From Flavobacteriales bacterium (GTDB lineage Bacteria; Bacteroidota; Bacteroidia; Flavobacteriales_F; PHOS-HE28), in NCBI GenBank assembly GCA_019912395.1, contig JAIOIH010000026.1, forward strand, positions 20,812-84,811: DNA of 64,000 nt. Reading direction: 5' to 3'. This document shows, in pieces, positions 49,480-59,616 of this stretch. The position numbers were made by a program, and so were the translations under genes. How positions within the stretch are numbered: the stretch's first letter is position 1; the number at the start of each line of letters is the position of its first letter. The notes beneath the pieces were generated by a model. That model was not told the DNA's origin. It did no database searches and worked only from the letters and a program-made list of their open reading frames with translations.

Positions 49480-51753
49480 ATGGCCCACATTTTCGATATC
49501 GACATGATCAAAGCGGTGTACGACCGCTATCCCGCACGCGTTGCCGCTGCCCGCAAGGCCCTCGGCAAGCCGCTCACCCTGACGGAGAAGATCCTGTATG
49601 CCCACCTCGAGGAAGGTGCGGCCACCAAAGCGCTGAATCGCGGCGAGGACTATGTCGATTTCGCACCGGACCGCGTGGCCATGCAGGATGCCACCGCGCA
49701 GATGGCGCTCCTGCAGTTCAAGACCACCGGGCGCGCCACCGTGGCCGTGCCCAGTACGGTGCATTGCGATCACCTGATCCAAGCGCGGGTGGGGGCGGAG
49801 AAGGACCTGCAGGAAGCCCTGCTGAAGAGCAACGAAGTATTCAACTTTTTGGAAAGCATCAGCAACAAGTACGGCATCGGCTTTTGGCGCCCCGGCGCGG
49901 GCATCATCCATCAGGTGGTGCTGGAGAACTACGCCTTCCCCGGCGGCATGATGATCGGTACCGACAGCCACACGCCCAACGCCGGCGGTTTGGGCATGCT
50001 GGCCATTGGCGTGGGTGGTGCCGATGCCTGCGATGTGATGAGCGGACTGCCATGGGAGCTGAAACAACCGAAGATCATCGGCGTGAAGCTCACCGGAAAG
50101 CTCAGCGGCTGGGCTTCCGCCAAGGATGTGATCCTGGTGGTGGCGGGCATCCTCACCGTGAAGGGCGGTACCGGAGCGATCGTGGAATACTTCGGTCCGG
50201 GTGCTGAAAGCCTGAGCTGCACCGGCAAGGGTACCATTTGCAACATGGGCGCGGAGATCGGTGCAACCACCAGTACCTTCGGTTACGACGACAGTATGCG
50301 TCGCTACCTCAACGGCACCGGTCGTGCGGATCTGGTGAAATTGGCGGACCAAGTGGCCGAGCACCTCACTGGCGACCCTGAGGTCTATGCCGATCCGGAG
50401 AAGTATTTCGATCGCGTCATCGAGATCGACCTCAACAAACTGGAGCCGCACATCAATGGCCCGTTCACACCGGACCTGGCTTGGCCGATCAGCAAATTCG
50501 CCGCCGCCGTGAAGGAGAACGGCTGGCCCGAAAAACTGGAAGTGGGCCTTATTGGCAGTTGCACCAACAGCAGTTACGAAGACCTTACCCGCAGTGCATC
50601 CATCGCGCAGCAGGCCGTGGACAAGAAGCTGAAGACCAAGAGCGATTTCACCGTGACACCGGGCAGCGAGCAAGTGCGCTTCACGGCGGAGCGCGATGGC
50701 TTGTTGACCACCTTCGAGAAGATGGGCGGTCTGGTGCTCGCCAATGCCTGCGGACCGTGCATCGGTCAATGGGCACGCCACAACAAGAACCCGGAGAAGA
50801 AGAACTCCATCCTCACCAGCTACAACCGGAACTTCGCCAAGCGGAACGACGGCAATGCCAACACGCACGCCTTCGTGGCCAGCCCCGAGCTGGTGACGGC
50901 CATGGCCATTTCCGGCAGCCTCAACTTCAACCCGCTCACCGATGAACTGGTGAACGAGGAAGGCAAAAAGGTAAAGCTGGACGAGCCGAAGGGCATGGAG
51001 ATGCCACCCAAGGGCTTCGATGTGAAGGATCCCGGCTACAAGGCACCCGCCAAGGATGGAAGCAGTGTGGAGGTGCTGGTGAAACCCGACAGCGACCGCA
51101 TACAATTGCTGGAACCCTTCCCTGCATGGGACGGTAAGAACATCACCGGGGCCGTCCTGTTGATCAAGGCGAAGGGCAAATGCACCACCGACCACATCAG
51201 CATGGCAGGTCCATGGTTGCGCTACCGCGGGCACTTGGACAACATCAGCAACAACACGCTCATTGGTGCCATCAACGCCTTCAATGGCGAAGCGAACAAG
51301 GTGATGAACCAACTGACCGGCGAATACGGTGAAGTCCCCGCTACGCAGCGTGCGTACAAGGCCGCCAAGCAGCCCAGCGTGGTGGTGGCAGACCACAACT
51401 ATGGGGAAGGCAGCAGCCGCGAGCATGCCGCCATGCAGCCGCGCCACTTGGGCGTTGGCGCCGTTCTGGTGAAGAGCTTCGCGCGCATCCACGAGACCAA
51501 CCTCAAGAAGCAAGGTCTACTCGGTGTCACCTTCGCCAACGAGGCGGATTACGACAAGATCCAGGAGGACGACCGCATCGATTTCACCGACCTCATGGAG
51601 TTCGCACCCGGCAAGCAATTGACGGTGGTGCTGAACCACAAGGACGGAACGAAGGACACGCTCAAGTGCAACCACACCTACAATGCGCCGCAGATCGAGT
51701 GGTTCAAGGCGGGCAGTGCGTTGAACCTGATCCGGGCACAACACGGGAAGTAA
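49480..51753 (+). CDS. acnA: Aconitate hydratase (monomeric mitochondrial-type AcnA)
   Basis: Trimmed to [18 protein letters not shown]. Fe-S ligand regions ([30 protein letters not shown]). SR active-site motif ([10 protein letters not shown]). 757 aa. Confidence 0.92.
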   Translation: MAHIFDIDMIKAVYDRYPARVAAARKALGKPLTLTEKILYAHLEEGAATKALNRGEDYVDFAPDRVAMQDATAQMALLQFKTTGRATVAVPSTVHCDHLIQARVGAEKDLQEALLKSNEVFNFLESISNKYGIGFWRPGAGIIHQVVLENYAFPGGMMIGTDSHTPNAGGLGMLAIGVGGADACDVMSGLPWELKQPKIIGVKLTGKLSGWASAKDVILVVAGILTVKGGTGAIVEYFGPGAESLSCTGKGTICNMGAEIGATTSTFGYDDSMRRYLNGTGRADLVKLADQVAEHLTGDPEVYADPEKYFDRVIEIDLNKLEPHINGPFTPDLAWPISKFAAAVKENGWPEKLEVGLIGSCTNSSYEDLTRSASIAQQAVDKKLKTKSDFTVTPGSEQVRFTAERDGLLTTFEKMGGLVLANACGPCIGQWARHNKNPEKKNSILTSYNRNFAKRNDGNANTHAFVASPELVTAMAISGSLNFNPLTDELVNEEGKKVKLDEPKGMEMPPKGFDVKDPGYKAPAKDGSSVEVLVKPDSDRIQLLEPFPAWDGKNITGAVLLIKAKGKCTTDHISMAGPWLRYRGHLDNISNNTLIGAINAFNGEANKVMNQLTGEYGEVPATQRAYKAAKQPSVVVADHNYGEGSSREHAAMQPRHLGVGAVLVKSFARIHETNLKKQGLLGVTFANEADYDKIQEDDRIDFTDLMEFAPGKQLTVVLNHKDGTKDTLKCNHTYNAPQIEWFKAGSALNLIRAQHGK

Positions 51754-51778
51754 GGGTGGCACCATGGAAAATGTTTCG

Positions 51779-51812
51779 GAACCCCGCCGATCCGGCGGGG
51801 TTCCGTTATTTG
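51779..51812 (+). terminator. Putative intrinsic terminator after acnA
   Basis: Perfect 12-bp inverted repeat GGAACCCCGCCG-atc-CGGCGGGGTTCC followed by GTTATTT. Confidence 0.5.
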
Positions 51813-51895
51813 GGGGCAGGGATCCCGGCATCCCCCGAAATGGGGATTGTGTGGATTGGAGCAACCTCCTTAGGTTTGGGCCAAATCCGAACTGA

Positions 51896-52660
51896 ATGAA
51901 ACGGCTTGCCACCCTTCTTTTGACCTTTAGCGCATGCACCTTCTTTTACCACCAATCGTTCGCACAAGTTGGTTTTGGGGTAAAGGCCGGAGCCAATTAC
52001 TTGGCAGGTTCCCAGAAGATCCAGCCCGACCCTAAGGATCCACCCACCAATCCCAAGGGATTGGGCATGCAGTTCGGGGGCTATGTGGAGATTCCTTTCT
52101 CGGATCTGGTGGGCCTGCGACCGGAACTGGTCTTCTCATTCCGCCGGATGAAGACGGACAATACAAACACCACAACCTACACTCAAGCGGACAATGTCAC
52201 GCTCAATGGGATGCCGTTCACCGGCACGCAGACCATCCTTACCGAGACCGACCAACGGTTGACCTATTTTCAGATCAATGCACCATTGATGCTGAAGCCG
52301 ACGGAGGGACTGCGTGTCATGTTCGGTCCCGCGTTCAACTTCCTGATGGGCGGTAAGCAGAACACGGATGTAACCACGACCGTCAAGGGTACCGTGACGA
52401 ACCAGGGCCAGCAACAGAGCGTGGAGAGCGAGAGCTTTGAGGCCACCAAGAAAAAGGGCAGCACGGCTACGCGGAATTTCAAGAAAACGGACGTGGCCGC
52501 CTTTGCCGGGATCGGTTATACCCTGGAGGTGGGCTTGGACCTGGACCTGCGCTATTACCGCGGGTTGAGCACCACCTATGATGAATCAGCCGGGAGCAGC
52601 CGTTACCGTATATGGAGCAACCTGGTGGAGTTCTCGGTAGGGTGGACCTTTGGCGGATAG
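51896..52660 (+). CDS. Small outer-membrane beta-barrel protein (OmpA-N/porin-like), paralog 1
   Basis: Signal peptide MKRLATLLLTFSACTFFYHQSFAQ. Alternating amphipathic strands. 254 aa. Confidence 0.6.
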   Translation: MKRLATLLLTFSACTFFYHQSFAQVGFGVKAGANYLAGSQKIQPDPKDPPTNPKGLGMQFGGYVEIPFSDLVGLRPELVFSFRRMKTDNTNTTTYTQADNVTLNGMPFTGTQTILTETDQRLTYFQINAPLMLKPTEGLRVMFGPAFNFLMGGKQNTDVTTTVKGTVTNQGQQQSVESESFEATKKKGSTATRNFKKTDVAAFAGIGYTLEVGLDLDLRYYRGLSTTYDESAGSSRYRIWSNLVEFSVGWTFGG

Positions 52661-52806
52661 GCCTTGGTCGTGCGCTCATCCCCTGCGGCTGTGGTGAGTG
52701 CTTTCCCCATCCTCCATACGGACCGGTCGGGAACCGGGGAAAGGCATTTATCATTTGGAAGTTCCGATGATCTGATTAGGTTTGCCGGACACCAACATCA
52801 ACTCAA

Positions 52807-53430
52807 ATGAAGAAAATTGCACTGAGCGTGATTGCTTTGGCGATCGCAGGAAGCATGATGGCACAGGAGAACCGGTTCAGCCTCGGTGCGGAATTGGGAT
52901 TCCCAATGGGCGATTTTGGGGATGGCGTCGGCATTGGCATCGGAGGTACTCTGGGCTTCGAGTTGCCAGTCGGTGACAACCTGGGTCTCATGGCCCAAGC
53001 TGGATACATGAGTTTTGCCGGTAAGGATGTTTCGGTAACCGTACTTGGAGTCACTGCAACGTCCAAGACCGATGCAACCGGCATCATTCCCATTCAGGTG
53101 GGGGCCAAGTACTATGTCACCGATAACCAGGAGGGATTCTACGCGGGTCTGCTCACGGGTGTCCACATGACATCTGTCAAGGTTCCGGAGTACAACCTCA
53201 CTACGGGCGCAAGTACCGGAACCAAGACGGAAACCAACTCCAACTTCAGCTTGGCTCCGTTGGTGGGTTACATCATCGGGGAGAACATCGATATCGCATT
53301 GCGATACCAGATGATCTTCGCAAAGCAGGAGACCGCCGTAGTCTCTGGTCTCTCGGTCACCACGGAATCAAAGACCGTTACGAACAGTTATTTGGGATTG
53401 CGCTTGGCCTATATGTTCGGTGGGCGCTGA
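52807..53430 (+). CDS. Small outer-membrane beta-barrel protein, paralog 2
   Basis: Signal peptide MKKIALSVIALAIAGSMMAQ. Gly/aromatic-rich strands. 207 aa. Confidence 0.6.
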   Translation: MKKIALSVIALAIAGSMMAQENRFSLGAELGFPMGDFGDGVGIGIGGTLGFELPVGDNLGLMAQAGYMSFAGKDVSVTVLGVTATSKTDATGIIPIQVGAKYYVTDNQEGFYAGLLTGVHMTSVKVPEYNLTTGASTGTKTETNSNFSLAPLVGYIIGENIDIALRYQMIFAKQETAVVSGLSVTTESKTVTNSYLGLRLAYMFGGR

Positions 53431-53455
53431 ACCGGATAGACCTTCCGAATTATTG

Positions 53456-53492
53456 CAAAGGGGGCTGTCTCAAAAGGACAGCCCCTTTGCAT
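53456..53492 (+). terminator. Putative terminator hairpin after beta-barrel paralog 2
   Basis: AAAGGGGGCTGTC-tcaaaag-GACAGCCCCTTTG perfect 13-bp stem. The downstream T tract is weak. Confidence 0.45.
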
Positions 53493-53715
53493 TGTCACTT
53501 TCATCGCCATTTTCAGCTCGCTCAGGGTTTCCTGCTAGCGGACTTACAGTTCACTCATGGTCTCCGGCAATGGACCCTGAGGTCTGTTAATGTTGGCCAC
53601 AAGGCCTAATTCCTGTTACACCGGAACGTGGTGGATCGATACGGTCAACGCCGTATTGCACATATCGGTCATTTGGCTACTTTGCGCCAAATTCACCATA
53701 TAAAACGTCAAGAGA

Positions 53716-54279
53716 ATGAAGAAACTGTTCACCGCTGCGTTAGTGATCGGCTGCGTGTCAGCCGCGAACGCACAGTTCTTTGAGGAAGGAGCCAAATTCC
53801 TTCATGTAGGGGTCGGCATCGGTAGCCCGTATGCCTATTCGGGTTCGAAGATGGGGGTTCCGCCCGTCCACGCCTCCTTCGAGGCCGCCGTGTCCGATAA
53901 GATCGGCGTGGGTGCACTGGTGGGATACACCAGTTCAAAGTGGGATCAGAATTACTTTGGGTTGGGAGCAAGCAAATACAAGTACACGTGGAACTTCTCC
54001 TACCTGATCATTGGTGCACGCGGAGCTTACCACTTTGTGGACAATGACAAGTGGGATGCATACGCCGGCCTGATGTTGGGATACAACATCGCCAGTGCCA
54101 AGTTCGATACCGACGACCCCAGCTATGACAAAACGTTCTTTGTGGAACCCAAGGTGGGTGGGGTGGCCTTCGGGGCCTTCGCTGGTGCCCGTTATGGCTT
54201 CAGCCAGAGTTCCGCCGTCTTCGCCGAACTGGGCTATAATATCAGCTGGGTGAGCGTTGGCTATTGCGCCAAGTTCTGA
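53716..54279 (+). CDS. Small outer-membrane beta-barrel protein, paralog 3
   Basis: Signal peptide MKKLFTAALVIGCVSAANAQ. C-terminal ...VGYCAKF with a terminal Phe, typical of OM beta-barrels. 187 aa. Confidence 0.6.
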   Translation: MKKLFTAALVIGCVSAANAQFFEEGAKFLHVGVGIGSPYAYSGSKMGVPPVHASFEAAVSDKIGVGALVGYTSSKWDQNYFGLGASKYKYTWNFSYLIIGARGAYHFVDNDKWDAYAGLMLGYNIASAKFDTDDPSYDKTFFVEPKVGGVAFGAFAGARYGFSQSSAVFAELGYNISWVSVGYCAKF

Positions 54280-54470
54280 TATCAGAACGGCTTTATTGGA
54301 AGGGCCGTTCCGCATCGGCGGGACGACCCTTTTCACTGGCAGATGTGCGATCGGCATGAAGTTCGCAAGCGGCATGCGTCCAATGCGCACCAACACTGGG
54401 CGTATTGCGAGATGGTATAAATTGCCCCGCTTCCTTCGAAGCACGGTCGGAAACATCTGAAACCACACGC

Positions 54471-55637
54471 ATGAATCAGCGCCTGCCCTCCCTTGCTTTC
54501 ACCGCTCTTCTCGGTCTTTCCCTCACCGCCCAGCAAGTTCCTGACAGCTTGAACATGGTGCCCAACGGCAGCTTCGAGGAGTTGGAGGGCAAACTGCGAA
54601 GGCTCGGAGGGATAGAAGCTGCCATAGGATGGAGCAGTCCTACCGAGGCCAAGGCTGATCTGTACAGTGGGAGCATCGATAGCGGATCCCCGGCCTTCGC
54701 ACCCCAAAATGCATACGGCTTCCAAAGCCCGCTCAGCGGGACCAACTATGCCGGCGTATTGTGGTACAGCTACATGGACAAGGAGCCGCGCAGCTACTTG
54801 CAGGTGAAGTTCAAGAAGATGCTGAAGAAGGGCCAGAAGTACTGCGTCAGCTATTACGTGAGCCTTGGCGATCTCAGCAAGTACTCCAGTGATCATCTGG
54901 GTGCATACATCAGCCGCATCGTGGTGAACAGGAAAGGGGAGGCCAGCCTTACCTACGAGCCGCAGGTGCCCGCGCTACAGACCCAGGTGTACAACGACGT
55001 GAACGGTTGGCAAGGTGTGTGCGGGGTGTACGAGGCCAAGGGCGATGAACAGTACTTGATCATCGGCAATTTTGCGGCCACCGATAGAGTGAACACCGGG
55101 AAGATGCCCCGCCCCAAAGGCGAAGCACGTCCGCAGCGGCCCATCGCCTATTTCTACATTGACGATGTGAGCGTGAAGCCCGTAAAGCTGCTGAGCGAAT
55201 GCTCCTGTGAGCAGATCGACAAGGACGAGAGCGAGTTCATATACGGTCGCAAGGTCACGGTGAACCCGGGTCTTGCCCCTGCGCAACGCGTGGACCGCAG
55301 CGTGATCTATTTCAAGCGCTACACCAAGGATGTCGATCCATCCATGGGGCCGCTCATGGACACGCTGGTCTCCGTGCTCAAGGCCAACCCGGCGATCAAG
55401 GTGAAACTGACCGGACACACGGATGTGAAGGAGGTGGACCGCGTAAGCATGCGCCCTGACCTCAGGGATCTTGGTGAGGAGCGTGCCGGGATGGTGAAAA
55501 GCTACCTGGTGGACGCCGGTATAGCTGCCGACCGCATCAGCGTGGCCGATCGGAAAGGCAACGATCCTGCGGTGGAAGGCGACGACGAGGTCTCCACCAG
55601 CCAGAACCGACGGGTGGAAGTGGATCTGGTGAAGTAG
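54471..55637 (+). CDS. OmpA-family protein (C-terminal OmpA peptidoglycan-binding domain)
   Basis: Trimmed to the signal peptide MNQRLPSLAFTALLGLSLTAQQ. C-terminal LTGHTDVKEVDRVSMRPDLRDLGEERAGMVKSYLV...NRRVEVDLVK. Confidence 0.75.
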   Translation: MNQRLPSLAFTALLGLSLTAQQVPDSLNMVPNGSFEELEGKLRRLGGIEAAIGWSSPTEAKADLYSGSIDSGSPAFAPQNAYGFQSPLSGTNYAGVLWYSYMDKEPRSYLQVKFKKMLKKGQKYCVSYYVSLGDLSKYSSDHLGAYISRIVVNRKGEASLTYEPQVPALQTQVYNDVNGWQGVCGVYEAKGDEQYLIIGNFAATDRVNTGKMPRPKGEARPQRPIAYFYIDDVSVKPVKLLSECSCEQIDKDESEFIYGRKVTVNPGLAPAQRVDRSVIYFKRYTKDVDPSMGPLMDTLVSVLKANPAIKVKLTGHTDVKEVDRVSMRPDLRDLGEERAGMVKSYLVDAGIAADRISVADRKGNDPAVEGDDEVSTSQNRRVEVDLVK

Positions 55638-55796
55638 CGACGAGAGGGAAGGAGGAGGAAGCAAACCGCAGAAGCACCCTTCGACTTCGCTCAGGGCAGG
55701 CAGAGCCACGGAGAAGCACGGTAATTGGTTGAGAGTGCAAGGGTGCGATAGTCCGTCTCTCTCTCTCGGCACTCTCGCACCCCCTACCTTGGCCCG

Positions 55797-57119
55797 ATGC
55801 AAAAAGGGGATCCCCGCTTGATCCGCGCATGGACGATGTACGACTGGGCCAACTCGGCCTATTCGCTCACGATCACCTCCGCCATTTTCCCGATCTACTT
55901 CGCTGCCATCACCACGTTCGGGGGAGAAGATCACGTACTGCGGACGTACGGGCTTCCAGCGGCATCACTGCAATCCTATACGCTGTCGGCGGGCTTCCTG
56001 CTGGTGGCGGCGATCGCCCCGATCCTTTCCGGCATCGCCGACCATCGAGGCAACAAGAAGAACTATCTGAAATTTTTCTGCTACCTCGGCTCCATCAGCT
56101 GCGCCGGTCTTTTCTTCTTCACCTATGACAACCTCTGGCCGGGCCTGGTCCTGTTCATGTTGGCCAGCATCGGTTTTTCCGGAAGTCTCATCTTCTACGA
56201 TGCCTATCTGCCGGAGATCGCGGAGCCGAAGGACCACGACCGTGTCAGTGCGCGGGGCTATGCCATGGGCTACATCGGGAGTGTGATCCTCCTGGTGCTC
56301 AATCTGCTGATGGTGATGAAGCCCGCACTCTTTGGGATCCCGGACAGGGATGGCTTACCAGCACGTCTGTCCTTCCTTACGGTGGGTATCTGGTGGGCAG
56401 GATGGGCGCAGGTCACCTTTCGCAGCCTGCCGGACACCAAGGCACCAAAACAGGACAAGGTGAACGTGCTCACCGTGGGCTACCGCGAACTGCGCCGGGT
56501 GTGGTTCCAGATGCTCAGCCTCAAGCGGCTCCGTCGCTTTCTTACGGCGTTCTTCGTGTTCAACATGGGCGTGCAAACGGTGATGTACCTCGCTGTTACC
56601 TACGCGAAGCAGGAGATCAAGGAACCCGATGGCTCACCCATTGCGGACAGCGGATTGATCATCAGCATTCTCGTGATCCAATTGGTGGCGGCAGTGGGGG
56701 CGATGGCCTTTGTCCGGCTAAGCCGACGGTTCGGCAATATCGCCGCATTGGTCATCGGCATGGTGATCTGGATGGGCATCTGCCTGGCTGCGTGGCGCAT
56801 CCAAGCCACCAACGAATTCTACGTGCTCGCGGCATTCGTGGGCCTGGTGATGGGCGGCACGCAAGCGATCTCCCGCAGTACGTACGCAAAGCTTCTTCCC
56901 GAGACCCAGGACCATGCCTCGTTCTTTTCGTTCTATGACGTGAGCTTCTACCTCGCCACCGTGCTGGGCACATTGGCATTCGGCATGGTCAATCAGCTCA
57001 CCGGCGACATCCGCAACACCATCATTGTCATTGGTTCATTCTTCGTGCTGGGTGCCCTTCTTCTGATGCGGGTTCCCCGGGAGCAACGCATCGCACCGGT
57101 GGAGGGGCCGGCACGGTAA
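55797..57119 (+). CDS. MFS transporter (UMF1/Atg22-like family)
   Basis: 440 aa. 12 predicted TM helices. N-terminal WTMYDWANSAYSLTITSAIFPIYF is typical of this MFS subfamily. Confidence 0.75.
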   Translation: MQKGDPRLIRAWTMYDWANSAYSLTITSAIFPIYFAAITTFGGEDHVLRTYGLPAASLQSYTLSAGFLLVAAIAPILSGIADHRGNKKNYLKFFCYLGSISCAGLFFFTYDNLWPGLVLFMLASIGFSGSLIFYDAYLPEIAEPKDHDRVSARGYAMGYIGSVILLVLNLLMVMKPALFGIPDRDGLPARLSFLTVGIWWAGWAQVTFRSLPDTKAPKQDKVNVLTVGYRELRRVWFQMLSLKRLRRFLTAFFVFNMGVQTVMYLAVTYAKQEIKEPDGSPIADSGLIISILVIQLVAAVGAMAFVRLSRRFGNIAALVIGMVIWMGICLAAWRIQATNEFYVLAAFVGLVMGGTQAISRSTYAKLLPETQDHASFFSFYDVSFYLATVLGTLAFGMVNQLTGDIRNTIIVIGSFFVLGALLLMRVPREQRIAPVEGPAR

Positions 57120-57133
57120 CTTCGCCGCCATTC

Positions 57134-58366
57134 ATGGGCAATACCGACCTTACGGAAGAATGGGACGTGGTGATCGTCGGTGGCGGCATCGTCGGTGCAG
57201 CCACCTTGTACAAGCTGCAATCACGCTTTCCGGCAAAGCGGGTTCTCCTGCTGGAGAAAGAATCCCTGCTGAGCGACCATCAGACGGGCCATAACAGCGG
57301 CGTGATCCACAGTGGCATCTACTACGTTCCCGGCAGCAAGAAGGCGATCACCTGTGCCAAGGGCCGAAAGGAACTGGTCGCGTTCGCGAAGGAGCACGGG
57401 GTGAAGCATGACGTGTGCGGCAAGATCGTGGTGGCGATGGAGGAGGAGGAACTGCCCCGGTTGCAAAAGATCCACCAACGTGGCGTGGCCAACGGAATAG
57501 AGGACCTGCGGCTTATCACCGCGGAGGAGATCAAGGCCATCGAGCCCTACTGCAGCGGCATTGCCGGTCTTTGGGTGGGCTGCACCGGCATCATTGATTT
57601 CCGCGGGGCCACCAACAAGATGGCCGAACTGGCATTGGCGCTGAACCCCTCCTCCCAAGTGCGGACCGGGGAAGAGGTGTTGGGCACCGGGCAAGCGGAC
57701 GGGGCGAGCGCTGTGCGGACGAACAAGGGAGCCTACCGCGCGAAATGCGTGATCTTCTGCGCGGGGCTACAAAGCGATCGGTTGGCCCGTGCGGACGGAG
57801 TGCCCGTGAAGGAGCAGATCGTGGGCTTCCGCGGCGATTACTACGAATTGACGGAGAAGGGAAAGCACAAAGTGAGGAATCTGATCTACCCGGTGCCCGA
57901 TCCGCGCTTCCCCTTCCTGGGCGTCCACTTCACCCGCATGACCGATGGAAGCACGGAATGCGGGCCCAACGCGGTGTTCACGTTCAAGCGCGAAGGCTAC
58001 GGCAAAACGGACTTCAGCCTTCGCGACACCTGGGATGCGCTCACGTACGGCGGCACCTGGAAGCTCTTCTTCAAGAACATGTCCTATGGCATCGATGAAT
58101 ACCGGCGTGCATTCAGCAAGAAGCTTTTCCTGAAGACGCTGCGACGGCTCATCCCCACGCTTCAAATGGACGACATCAAGCCGGGCCGTGCCGGTGTGCG
58201 AGCCATGTTGCTCGGCGCGGACGGGGAGATGGTGGACGACTTCCGGATCGAGCGGAAAGGAGATCACATCCATGTGCTCAACGCACCTTCACCTGCAGCC
58301 ACGGCATGCCTGGCCATCGGGGAGCACATCGTGGAAATGGCGGTGGAGGAAGGGGTGCTGAGGTAG
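57134..58366 (+). CDS. lhgO: L-2-hydroxyglutarate oxidase / FAD-dependent oxidoreductase (LhgO-like)
   Basis: FAD-binding DVVIVGGGIVGAATL. HQTGHNSGVIHSGIYY. Length 410 aa. Confidence 0.8.
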   Translation: MGNTDLTEEWDVVIVGGGIVGAATLYKLQSRFPAKRVLLLEKESLLSDHQTGHNSGVIHSGIYYVPGSKKAITCAKGRKELVAFAKEHGVKHDVCGKIVVAMEEEELPRLQKIHQRGVANGIEDLRLITAEEIKAIEPYCSGIAGLWVGCTGIIDFRGATNKMAELALALNPSSQVRTGEEVLGTGQADGASAVRTNKGAYRAKCVIFCAGLQSDRLARADGVPVKEQIVGFRGDYYELTEKGKHKVRNLIYPVPDPRFPFLGVHFTRMTDGSTECGPNAVFTFKREGYGKTDFSLRDTWDALTYGGTWKLFFKNMSYGIDEYRRAFSKKLFLKTLRRLIPTLQMDDIKPGRAGVRAMLLGADGEMVDDFRIERKGDHIHVLNAPSPAATACLAIGEHIVEMAVEEGVLR

Positions 58367-58412
58367 GTCGGAATAGCTGAAAATTGAAACCGAGCACTTG
58401 GCGACGTCCTTT

Positions 58413-58466
58413 TTCAGCTTTCCCGTTTCAACCTTCAGCTTTCCAGTTTCAGCCTTCAGCTATAGC
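58413..58466. repeat. 21-bp tandem repeat, about 2.5 copies (TTCAGCTTTCCCGTTTCAACC / TTCAGCTTTCCAGTTTCAGCC / TTCAGCTATAGC)
   Basis: Directly visible between the convergent lhgO gene and the hypothetical gene ending at 58476. Confidence 0.5.
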
Positions 58467-58475
58467 ATAAAAACC

Positions 58476-59021
58476 TCAAGCTGTCACCCGCAGATCGTCC
58501 AGAAGGTCGGCCCAGTCCCAGAGGCAATACTGCATCAGCTTGTTGATGCGGCCCAGCACGATCGGGTTGGGGGCCTTCTGCTCGCGGAAATAGGCGTCCT
58601 GATGGCGGAACAGGTCGTACTTGTGGAAGATCGCCTTGCTCATCGCGTACACCGTGTTCTTGCTCGGGTGGTTGATGCGTGCCATGAAATGCTGCAATGC
58701 GATGGTCTCCGTTTCCAGCTCGGCGGCCGACGTGTCCATCAGCGGTGCAAACTTGGAGTAGGCGTGCTGGGCAAGCCGATGGTCCTGGCCGGGAGACAAG
58801 TGTTTGGGGGCCTCCATGAGGTTCCCCGCAAAAAGGATCAAGGCGAAGAGCTCGTCGTCACCCGGGCCGAAGATCGGTCGCGTCACGAATTCGCCGGCCT
58901 CCTCCAGCTCGGCCACCACGGTGGGGTAGCCCTGTTCGGTGAGGCGCAGCACGGCGTTCACGAACACGTTCGCTAGCTTGTCCTCACTGATCTTCTTCTT
59001 TCCGAAAATTGTTCCGATCAT
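58476..59021 (-). CDS. Hypothetical protein
   Basis: 181-aa ORF MIGTIFGKKKISEDKLANVF... with no recognisable family. The coordinates are the track's. My own line count places the ATG 1 nt higher, at 59022. Confidence 0.45.
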   Translation of the reverse strand: MIGTIFGKKKISEDKLANVFVNAVLRLTEQGYPTVVAELEEAGEFVTRPIFGPGDDELFALILFAGNLMEAPKHLSPGQDHRLAQHAYSKFAPLMDTSAAELETETIALQHFMARINHPSKNTVYAMSKAIFHKYDLFRHQDAYFREQKAPNPIVLGRINKLMQYCLWDWADLLDDLRVTA

Positions 59022-59119
59022 GGCGGTGCCGTTCTCGACGCGAACCTAATGGTTCCCTGGAGAGCCGGCATTCGGAATCCTTGCGTATTTTCAACACCGT
59101 TATCCACTCAACTCCTGCC

Positions 59120-59596
59120 ATGAAGGACCTTATCCATCAGTATGCCGCCTACGATCTTTGGGCGAACACCCGGGTCGTGGAGCGCCTGCAACGCGAAAAT
59201 GATGCAATGTCGGATCGCCATGTGAAAAGCAGCTTCCCCTCGCTACGCCTCAGTATTGCGCACATTCGCGATGCCGGGAATACGTGGTACGGACGCATCT
59301 TCGATGTGCCGAAGCTCGAGTTCGGCGGGGGCGTGGACAGCCTGCTGAAGATGAGCGTGGCGATGGCCGACAAGGTGCATGCATTGGATGAGGAAAACCT
59401 CCGGCATATCGTGAAATATGCGAATTCCAAGGGGGAGAAGTTCGCCCAACCGCGTTGGCAGTTGCTGATGCACTGCTTCAACCATGCCAGTTATCACCGC
59501 GGACAGGTGGTGACGATCATGCGTCAACTTGACCTTGGCGACATCCCGAGCACCGACCTGGTTGCCTATCAGCGCATGTTGATGGCCAGGAAGTGA
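59120..59596 (+). CDS. DinB/YfiT-like (DinB_2) metal-dependent hydrolase family protein
   Basis: Trimmed to MKDLIHQYAAYDLWANTRVVERL. Histidine triad spacing (H...H...H) across the four-helix bundle: HIRDAGNTW, NHASYHRGQ. Confidence 0.7.
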   Translation: MKDLIHQYAAYDLWANTRVVERLQRENDAMSDRHVKSSFPSLRLSIAHIRDAGNTWYGRIFDVPKLEFGGGVDSLLKMSVAMADKVHALDEENLRHIVKYANSKGEKFAQPRWQLLMHCFNHASYHRGQVVTIMRQLDLGDIPSTDLVAYQRMLMARK

Positions 59597-59616
59597 CTGG
59601 CAACTGACACGGACAA

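Noticed and set aside
49387-51513. 708-aa minus-strand ORF
   Set aside because: Antisense to aconitase acnA, which has unambiguous motifs. No domain-like features.
55756-55767. (CT)6 microsatellite in the OmpA-MFS intergenic region
   Set aside because: Too short to argue for phase variation. Noted only as a minor simple repeat.
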